DNA of 64,000 bases from Calcarisporiella thermophila CBS 279.70 (taxonomy: Eukaryota > Fungi > Calcarisporiellomycota), in NCBI RefSeq assembly GCF_041956535.1, contig NW_027192213.1, positions 366,444 to 430,443 of the forward strand. The letters are read 5' to 3'. Of the stretch, positions 55,615 through 64,000 are shown in pieces. Numbering within the stretch: the first letter of the stretch is position 1; each line of letters opens with the position of its first letter. The position numbers were made by a program, and so were the translations under genes. The notes beneath the pieces are model-generated. The model was not told where the DNA came from and did no database searches. It saw only the letters and a program-made list of their open reading frames with translations.

Positions 55615-56722
55615 TGTAACACGCAAAGGAGGTTTGCCTAGTTCCACGAAGAAAGATAAATCCAGGGGAAGAGAAAAAAGATTTCCAGCGTGAGGAGAAA
55701 TATATAAGAAGTGACTATTACTCAGACCCCCGTTTAAAGCAATGGCGGCCATATATAATGCAATCACAGGACTCTATTAGTATAACCGGGCAAACCTTAT
55801 GATTCAGTCTAGCCATATTAGAACAATTACCTACAATAGGGAGCGACAAACAATTATATTTATTTTGTTGCCCCTATTTTCATGAAGATGTGCTATTAGC
55901 TTTGCGATATAATATGTAAAAAAATTTTCCATCCTAGCGTTGTGGCCCAAGATTGATCTAGATATTAAAATATAAGAGAAGCACTTGAAAAATATTCTGG
56001 AGTTTAAATCCAAGGAGTATAAGCTTATGCGCCAATTAGCCTAAGCGAGGGAAATGAGTAATTTCTATACATCATTAGTTCTTACTACCAAACTAACAAT
56101 TCATATACACAATATCTCATGATTGAATGTGAAAAAAAGGAAGCTAGGTAACTCAATTCGGAAAACGAAACCCAACAATCGACTAGTTTGCTTAGCACTA
56201 CCTGTAAGCACATAAATTAACTATGTACAAATTCATTGTAAATACTAAGGCGTCACTCAGTTCAGAACGAATAAACTTTTTAGTGATTTTCACACAAAAA
56301 TAAGAGGGTAAATTCTAAATTTCAGGGAGTTGATAACCGAAATTTAGTGGATCTGATGGCCGTTTATTAGTGTCTAGTCTCGCAGCTCCAAGCGCAAGGT
56401 ATATAATTCGTAGTAAATCCGATTACACTTGAAATGGTAATCCAATGTAAAATTTGTATGCGTTTTGTGGATAACACCACCTACCACGTTCAATTTGGAT
56501 CCCTCTGAAAGCTCTGATAAATTTTCGCCTTTTTATTTAAAACTCAAAAATAGGTGTAAGTGAAAAAAAACAAAGAATAATCACTAAAAAAAGCAATTTA
56601 CTCCCCCACTCACACTCCACTCACAAAAGTATGTATATATTGTATTTTTTTTGAAAAAATGACTATGAATACTTTTATTACTTACTCCATACAGTCATTC
56701 GTCAGACCTCCAATTTATGATG

Positions 56723-57442
56723 TTAATCACGGCGAGGGGACATGTCACGCCTAGGCGAATCGCGACGAGGAGACAAGTCACGGTCCTTACGAGGTGATTT
56801 GCTGCGAGAACGAGAATTCGAACGCGAGCGGCTACGTGGTGACCGTGGCGAACGCGAACGGCGTCTTTCCCTATCCCTATCGCGTTCCCTGTCTCGATCT
56901 CTGTGGCGGTCTCTATCCCTCTCTCCACCGGCATGGTTCGGGGGATTGCGACAATCCCGCGCCTGGTGACCCGTTTCCCCGCAAGTGAAGCACCGTTTTT
57001 CCTCATAACGCTTCGATCTCTCTCCCTCGCCCATAGGTTCCGGACAATCGCGCATCCAGTGGCCCGATTTCCCGCAGTTGAAGCACTGATCCCCTCGGCC
57101 TGCACCCGGTGGTGGTCTATCGTATCCCCCGCGCCCAGCACGTTTCGGAAAACGTGTTGTCTCCACACGAATGCGCTCTCCCTCCAGTTTATACCCGTCC
57201 AGTCCACGAATAGCATCATCGGCATCACGGTCATCATCGAACTCCACAAATGCGAAATCGGTCTTCATCTCAAGCTGGCGGATGTGCCCGTACTTGGAAA
57301 AAAGGTCTTCAATATCTCGCTCACGAACATAGCGGCTAAGATTTCCGACAAACAGGCGTCGGCTATTTGACCGGCGTTCGGAACGATCGTACCGATCATA
57401 GCGATCATAACGATCATCGCGGTAATCGCGATAGCGCGACAT
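56723..57442 (-). CDS. SR splicing factor: RRM + two CCHC zinc knuckles + RS tail (SRSF7/RS2Z-like)
   Basis: RNP2 'LFVGNL', RNP1 'FAFVEF'; knuckles 'CFNCGKSGHWMRDC' and 'CFTCGETGHQARDC'; RD/RS/SPR repeats. Probable 5' UTR intron 57445-57564. Confidence 0.9.
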   Translation of the reverse strand: MSRYRDYRDDRYDRYDRYDRSERRSNSRRLFVGNLSRYVRERDIEDLFSKYGHIRQLEMKTDFAFVEFDDDRDADDAIRGLDGYKLEGERIRVETTRFPKRAGRGGYDRPPPGAGRGDQCFNCGKSGHWMRDCPEPMGEGERSKRYEEKRCFTCGETGHQARDCRNPPNHAGGERDRDRHRDRDRERDRDRERRRSRSPRSPRSRSRSNSRSRSKSPRKDRDLSPRRDSPRRDMSPRRD

Positions 57443-58931
57443 GACTAGCAAACAACACAAAAACAATAAATCAAGTCCCTAATAAAGGCAACATTTAACC
57501 AAAGAAATTAGATCACATATAGATTAGGATATTTAAATATTGTTATAAAAATAAATACACCTACCTCCTTGGAACCTTGTACTGATCAATCAAAGGAGAA
57601 AACGAAACAAAAAACGCGAAATCAGTTTACACTATGACGTCACATGTGTGACTTCATATACAAATTTTTAGTTGAATGATTCTGAAAAGTAATCTAAGAC
57701 AGCTGGGTGTCCACAAGTTTTGGAGGACCAATTTGCATATATATAGGGGCGAAATGGACAACATGTTTTACACACATATATATAACCAAATAACTCCTGA
57801 AAGAAGGTGAAACGTAAAAAGAGGTGCTTTTGTTAAAAATTATTGACCTTCTAGTATGGTTCACTTGCTATTCTTGTTAAAATATTCTACTTGAAATCCT
57901 TAGAGCATTTATTATCTGCAATACTTAAAGGATTATTGTGCAAGTAATGAAGCAAAATTATAATACCATCAGGGCTTCCAAATATTTATGTATAAAACCA
58001 CCATCTCACCTTACTCTTTTAGTATCAACTATGTTGATTTTTATCAAATAATAGTACCTAGTGGTTGCAAAGCCAATTCACAAAAAACTTATCATCTAGT
58101 GTTTGGGCTCTCTAAAAAAGGAGAGTTTACTGGTAAGTTTGGAGCGCGCATGGGTATTAGTAGAATAGTCGCTAGAAATTATTAAAAATTGGGATCTACC
58201 AATGTATTGTTCTATTAGGCTAAACTATGAATTTCCACACATTAAGAGAAAAGGAGAACATGTTAAAAAGGTATTATATGGGCATTGCTCTTACTCTGCT
58301 GATGTGTAATATTTTGTTAAGAAAAGTTTAATAAGTGCGGATCAGCCAAAGCGATAAAAAGAGCACTCAGAAGCTCTTGAAGGAAGCTCCCATCAAATCC
58401 AAAGAGAACGCTAGAACTTCAGCGAAATTATAGTGAACGTCTCGGTTAGATTACGAAACTATAGTAATAAGTAAGTGCAATTAAGAGAAAAGGAATAAGA
58501 CTAAAAATAGTTTGCCGTATTATCAGAATTATAAATAGGATTGAATGGTATTTTTTGATAGAATTGAATAGATTTTTTTATAGTGCACTTGCTGTTATAA
58601 ATTAAATATTTTTATTAAACTTAAAATTAAAAAAAATATGAAGTTATAAGACAGAGTAGAGTCGAAACTGCCCAGTAAATGCTCTTGGCAAGCCTCATTG
58701 TAAAATGAAACTTTTGTTACTGCAAATAGAAAAACGTCGTTTATATATTTAAATATATATAAGGAAAAAAAATTAGAATACGAGTGGTAGGGTATTCGGC
58801 ATAGTCATATTGGAGCCAAGTGTTTTGAATGAAAGATATTTCGTCTTCTTGGACTTCTATCCAACTTCCCTTACACCCAAGCTCTTGGAAATCTTCTTTT
58901 TTATAATTTATGGACGTTAAAAGTATTTCAA

Positions 58932-59280
58932 TTTTTTTTTGATCAATCAACGGAGACTTTTATTAGTTTCCGTAGCTTACAAGAGTTTAATGATTACAAT
59001 GAAAAAAGGAAGGGGGGAATAAAGGGGTGGGGATATAGTTAGGTGGAAAGGTGGAACTTGGATTTTGACAATTTATGTTAGCCCAGAAAGGGAGAGAAAA
59101 GAAGAAAGCAAGGAAACGCAAGGGGATAAGAACATAGAGAAGGTGATAAACGTGGAGTAAGGGAATAAAGGGTAGATTAGATGTAAATAGTGATCGGGTA
59201 TTTGGTGAGAAATATGAAGTAAAGAGGAGGGGAGAAGGTAAAGAGTGGATAGGGAGAGAGGAAGAGTTGCTTCGTCACTT
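58932..59280 (-). mobile_element. 5'-truncated non-LTR retroposon fragment A (pyrimidine-rich 3' end, AATAAA, poly(A))
   Basis: T9 at 58932-58940. Last about 55 nt resemble the 3' end of the SINE at 60195-60539. Candidate TSD AGTATTTCAAT at 58922-58932 and 59769-59779. Confidence 0.65.
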
Positions 59281-59296
59281 CATTGAAGAGTATTTC

Positions 59297-59760
59297 TTTT
59301 TTTTTTTTTAACAAAGGACCTTTATTGAAAAGTATCCTATCCTGTTAAAAAGGTAGGGTAGCTTCTACGTCAAAATCACCCAGGTGATGCTCCTGGCCTA
59401 CCTTGTAGAATTTGGAGGATAGAAGGAAAAAGAAAGAAAGGAAGAAAAGGGTTTAAGTGTAAGAGGAAGAGAGAAAAGGTGATGAGGAGAGAGCTAGGAA
59501 AGTATGGAAACAGCTATTAGCTTAATAAAGAAGGGGATAAGAATAACTGTAAGAGGGAGGGATAAAAAGTTGTGTGCAATGGTATTAAGATAGGCCGCTT
59601 ATGTACATGAAAGAATGAAGAGAAGGGAAGGATTGAAAAAGTAAAAGAAGGAAGAGGAAAGGAGAAAAAAAAGGAAAGGTAGGGAGAAGAACGATAGAGG
59701 AGATGGTATTAATATACAGCGGTGAAGGGTTGGGTGCAGTTCTCAAGCCGGAGTTTGGAC
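59297..59760 (-). mobile_element. 5'-truncated non-LTR retroposon fragment B with 16-bp TSD
   Basis: T13 at 59297-59309 with AATAAA just upstream on the minus strand. Exact CATTGAAGAGTATTTC at 59281-59296 and 59761-59776. Confidence 0.8.
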
Positions 59761-60194
59761 CATTGAAGAGTATTTCAATAATACATTACAGCTGCGCCAC
59801 ATGCTCCATTAGTTAGGTTATATCTGAAATCGAATTTTGTTGCGTCGTATAATAGACTAATAAGGTCTATCCTGACAATCCTCTAGCTATCCCTAAGCTC
59901 TTGATTGTCCTTCCGTAAACACTTCAGAAGGCTAATAAACGACACAAAGTGGATTGTAAAGTAATCCGGTTCTATCCCAAAACAAAAATAGCACTCTTTT
60001 ATTGTAAACAAAGATGTTTCCCTTTTATACTAAAGATAACGTACCACAAACATAAATGTAAACAAGATAATAAAAATATAATGAGGTAATCAAGGAAAAA
60101 TATGTTAACCGTAACCGTAACCGTAAGATAATAAATATATTAATAAAACCATCCCAAGAACTTATAGAAGTATAAAAGAAAAACAAGCCTCCAA

Positions 60195-60539
60195 TTTTTT
60201 TTTTTTTGATAAATCAATGAAAACTTTTTATTTAATTTCCATATATTACATGAAGTTAATGTCAATGGACTTAACATGACGAGATATAGGTCCTTGATAG
60301 AAAGGCGTTCAATCGATATGCGTGTATGTAGTTGTCGTCAATAGCCTGTACGTGAAACCGATGTAATCTTTGTACTTATCGTAGGAGCGATCTTTTCAAT
60401 AATGTAGACTCAATTTCTGATCAAGTGGACAGCAGTCACAAACTAAAGGTAAGTGCTGGTGGGGGAAGTGGGGTTCGAACCCACGCCGTTCTCGTCGGCA
60501 TACCAGGGATAGTCCACTACACTAACCCTCCCCCTCTAT
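60195..60539 (-). mobile_element. tRNA-derived SINE, full length (about 345 bp)
   Basis: Minus-strand head GGGGGAGGGTTAGTGTAGTGG...GTGGGTTCGAACCCCACTTCCCCCACCA (A box TAGTGTAGTGG, B box GGTTCGAACCC, T-arm, acceptor stem). A13 tail at 60195-60207. TSD AAGCCTCCAA at 60185-60194 and 60540-60549. Confidence 0.88.
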
Positions 60540-60617
60540 AAGCCTCCAAAGCCACCTTTCCTCCTACTGCGCCACAATTCCATATTGTGCCAAATCGCCT
60601 CACAACAATTTCAGCGA

Positions 60618-60691
60618 GTTTTCGTGGTGTAGTTGGTTATCACGTACGCCTCACACGCGTAAGGTCTCCGGTTCGAACCCGGACGAAAACA
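60618..60691 (+). tRNA. tRNA-Val(CAC)
   Basis: Acceptor stem GTTTTCG/CGAAAAC, anticodon stem TACGC/GCGTA with loop CTCACAC, T-arm CCGG-TTCGAAC-CCGG; no intron; T-run downstream. Confidence 0.96.
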
Positions 60692-61532
60692 TATTTTATC
60701 GTTTTATGTGAAGTAATTATTTTTCTTGTATTTTATTTTTTTTTAGCTTTTTTTTAACTTTACAGTTATAGTTTTAATAAGAAATATATAAAATTTCTTT
60801 TCATGCGAAAATTATACATATGTTTGATGATACATTAAATATGATCTATTACAACATTTAATTAATGAGCAAATTAAACAACACGTTTATAATTGTGATA
60901 TATAAGTATGTAAGAAATTAATTTGTGAAATAATATTCTCAAATTCATTTATCTGCAAATTCATCCTAGGCTTTTCATAGGATAGAATAGCTTTTTAATT
61001 TGTAAGAGAAACTGAAAGAATAAGATAGCTGTGAGCAATACAAAACCAGCGGATCATGTAATAAATAAACTATTTCTTGCTTACATCATATCCAAAATTG
61101 GATAATACCATGAGCAAATCATTAATCTATGTTGCAGTGCACTGCAGCAAGCTTCATTGCGTCAAATGATACCGTTTTTCCAGGCCCTTTTGAACGAATA
61201 TTACTCACATTAGATCTGACCGAGCAAAGCTGGCACCGAAGAAAATGTCTGATTAAAGCAAGCTTTTTTTTTTTGTTTAGTTCAGCATATTGAAATCAAA
61301 GCTTTAATATACCTCGAAACAGCAATATGTTATCTCCTTAAAAAACACAGACGTTCCATTCTATTTACTTTTTTCGCATTTTTTGTTAATTTTCAGACCT
61401 TTCTCTCCTTATTTTTACAACGAGTAAGAAACCGTTATACAGCCCATCAAATTTTTTTGGGCGTATCCTTTCCATTCCTTTAAATTTTTCTAAAGAATTA
61501 TATTCCCTATTTCCATCATATTCGTCTTCTTC

Positions 61533-63374
61533 ATGTCCGTCTTCTTCTCTACTGCACTAGTAAGTGTATTTGTATTTCGACGGCCTGAAACTGCATGTTG
61601 GTTGGGATTTCCAACTCAAGTATGTGAGGTCTTGCGCCGCGTGAGTCCGTGGTACGTCCCAGCAGTCTATTTCCTTTATCTCCTCTATAAATACCGCAAC
61701 CGTGCAATTGGTACTCGCCCTTGCTCGTTGCATGGTCCCCGTGAGCATCCTTTGATCGGGAGTTTGATTGCTTTCCAGAAGTATGCGGAGAGCAACCTTG
61801 ATTTATTGCTGGACTGGCGTCAGCAATTCGGACTCTGGCATACTACGACACTCCCATTTATGGTGCCTATTGTTATTTTAAACTTACAGGTGTTGCTTTT
61901 TACTAATATCATTATTAAGCCTCGATGGATACACGCTTATGATGTAGCCACTATTGAGCACATACTTCGCGATAATTTTCAGAATTATGTCAAGGGGCCG
62001 ACGACTCAAGACCGAATGTACTCACTACTTGGCAATGGTATCTTCAATACGAATGGAGACCAGTGGCGCATGCAGCGTAAAACGGTAAAAAAAACGCCTC
62101 AACAAGCATTCGGGTCTATAAAAATAAACATGTAATTTTAGGCAGCTCATATATTCACCGTTAAAACCTTCCGTGAAATCACCACTGGAGTCTTCCAAGA
62201 TGGGGCTAAGACCCTTGCCTCTATCTTAGATCAAGCGGCACATTCAGGTCAAGATATCGATCTTCACGACCTCTTTTTCCGGTTTACCTTTGATTCCTTT
62301 GGTAAAATATCCTTTGGCTCTTCGTTCGACAGCCTACGAGGAGGTAACGTCATGCCATTTATGCGTGCGTTCGACTTTGCGCAGGATACTATTGATCGCC
62401 GATTTCGTGACCCTTTTTTCCGGTGAGATGATAAGAATATGGCACGAATAATTTGATTTAGACTAAATTCGTTTTGCTTGGAAGTATCACTGAATTCATC
62501 ACTGGTCGTGGCCGAAAGATGGAAGCTGCAGTAAAAGTTCTTGACAATTATGCGTTTACTGTTATCGACGCTCGACGCCAGAATCCAGATGAAAATCGAA
62601 AACGGGATTTGCTTGATTTGTTTATGGAGTACCGTCACGAAGATGGAAGTTGCCTATCCGATAGAGAGCTTCGCGATATCGTAGTTAATTTTATGATAGC
62701 TGGTCAGCAAGTTCATTGTAATCGAATATATTGATAAACATTTATATGTTGTTTATTAAATAGGCCGTGACACAACCGCTCAACAACTCTCCTGGCAGTA
62801 CCTTACCATGATGCAGCAAACAGAAATTCAAGACAAGCTCCGCGAAGAACTTTCTTCTGCCCAGGATAAACTTGATTATGAAAGTGTAAAAGAGTTACAT
62901 TATAGTACAGCAGTTTTTAACGAGACTTTGCGTCTTTATCCGCCAGTACCAAAAAATCATAAAACTGCCGTAAATGATGATGTGCTCCCGTGCGGTATTC
63001 ATGTTAAAAAAGGTGACCTCGTCCTTTTCAGTCCATACGTTATGGCACGCGATAAACAAATCTGGGGTGAAAACGCAGCTGAATTTGATCCTGAGCGGTG
63101 GTTGATACGAGACGCTGAGGGGAAAATAACAGGAGTCCGTAAAGAGTCTCATTGCAAATTTAACACCTTTAATGCCGGGCCTCGTGTATGCCCTGGCCAA
63201 ATGTTTGCGGTACTCAAATCCCTGACTCTGACAGCAGAGCTCGTAAAACGATTCAGGTTTGAATTGTCGCCGAAGTTTTTGGAGCAAGAGAGGTTGGCAA
63301 CCGAACCACTATATGGCACGAGTGTGACTCTACCAATGAGGCGTCCTCTATGGGTGCGTGTTCATCGTTTGTAG
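61533..63374 (+). CDS. Cytochrome P450, paralog of 53755-55614, 5 exons
   Basis: 'LGNGIFNTNGDQWRMQRK', 'AGRDTTAQ', 'ETLRLYPPVP', 'FDPERW', heme motif 'FNAGPRVCPG'. Near-identical C-terminus 'EPLY(G/A)TSVTLPMRRPLWVRVHR'. Confidence 0.92.
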
Positions 63375-63802
63375 GGAAAGTGCTAACTGAAGCAAACTTA
63401 ATTAAGAGTTGAGTGATTTTCAAATTGTTCCTTCGAAATCATTCCTTTCAACCTCATTTTAATCCTTTATCACTTCAGGAAAGGCATTTAGCCTTTTCCA
63501 TCGCCAATTTGGCCTTTTAAAAATTTGCCCAGCCTCCTTTATTTTTTCCTGTAGGTGATCATCTGATTTTCTTTACCTTTGGTTTATTGATACTACCTCG
63601 TATTTTTGTAATCTCTTTTTTCTTCCTTTCGAAATTTACTGTACACTTTTCGCTCCTTAATATCCCTTCCTATTATATTTTTCACTCATTTATTCATTTA
63701 TTGAGAGTAACATCCATTATTAATAATAAATAATCATATTAACTCTTCAATTAAAATTTAATAGATATTTTATATTATTATTGAATTTAAAAATTCAAAA
63801 AG

Positions 63803-63876
63803 TGTTTTCGTCCGGGTTCGAACCGGAGACCTTACGCGTGTGAGGCGTACGTGATAACCAACTACACCACGAAAAC
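63803..63876 (-). tRNA. tRNA-Val(CAC), identical inverted copy
   Basis: Exact reverse complement of 60618-60691. Confidence 0.96.
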
Positions 63877-63988
63877 TGCTTGAAATCTTTGAATATCAAA
63901 AAATAAGGTTGCGAAAAAAAAATTTTGCAGGTGACTTTTTTTTTGAAGTCTTGAACTGCTAAGCAATTGGCGACCGATATCTCTCCTT

Positions 63989-64000
63989 GGGGGAGGGTTA
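63989..64000 (+). mobile_element. Probable start of a second SINE copy (cut by window edge)
   Basis: GGGGGAGGGTTA is a 12/12 match to the first bases of the SINE head at 60534-60523, again upstream of and divergent from a tRNA-Val. Confidence 0.55.

Noticed and set aside
60106-60126. (TAACCG)3 telomere-like repeat
   Set aside because: Too short, internal, and not TTAGGG; treated as a microsatellite.
60457-60534. Possible functional tRNA or tRNA-Sec gene
   Set aside because: No canonical anticodon arm and no TCA anticodon. It lies inside a TSD-flanked poly(A) element, so it is treated as a SINE head.

Overview
Gene-dense, intron-rich fungal genomic DNA with short (about 55-130 nt) GT-AG introns. 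Gene content (WHI2, GPT2/SCT1, NAD-GDH plus MCM9 and a CMTR1-like cap methyltransferase) points to an early-diverging fungus, probably Mucoromycota; this is inference. About 27 protein genes: GCP4, RPT4, GPAT, CGI121, a STE20-type kinase, SWD1, WHI2, TOP1, RPL17, CMTR1-like, a Pcl-type cyclin, GDH2, a UPF0658-like membrane protein, NDC1, a LisH/CTLH protein, RPT1, BolA, an RluA-like/HemK fusion, ICln, COQ6, CMC1, MCM9, two CYP paralogs, an RRM-2xZnK SR protein and two hypotheticals. There is one assembly gap. The AT-rich right end holds two identical, inverted tRNA-Val(CAC) genes flanking a P450. Main highlights: (1) a complete tRNA-headed SINE (Pol III boxes, encoded CCA, poly(A), 10-bp TSD) sits head-to-head upstream of one tRNA-Val. 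A probable second copy starts upstream of the other tRNA-Val, and two more stacked poly(A) retroposon fragments lie further upstream in the same orientation, suggesting tRNA-gene-targeted retrotransposition. (2) An intronless fusion of a catalytically dead RluA-type pseudouridine synthase fold to a HemK/PrmC methyltransferase. (3) A 4-nt microexon in MCM9. Gene models were spliced by eye and no database searches were run.
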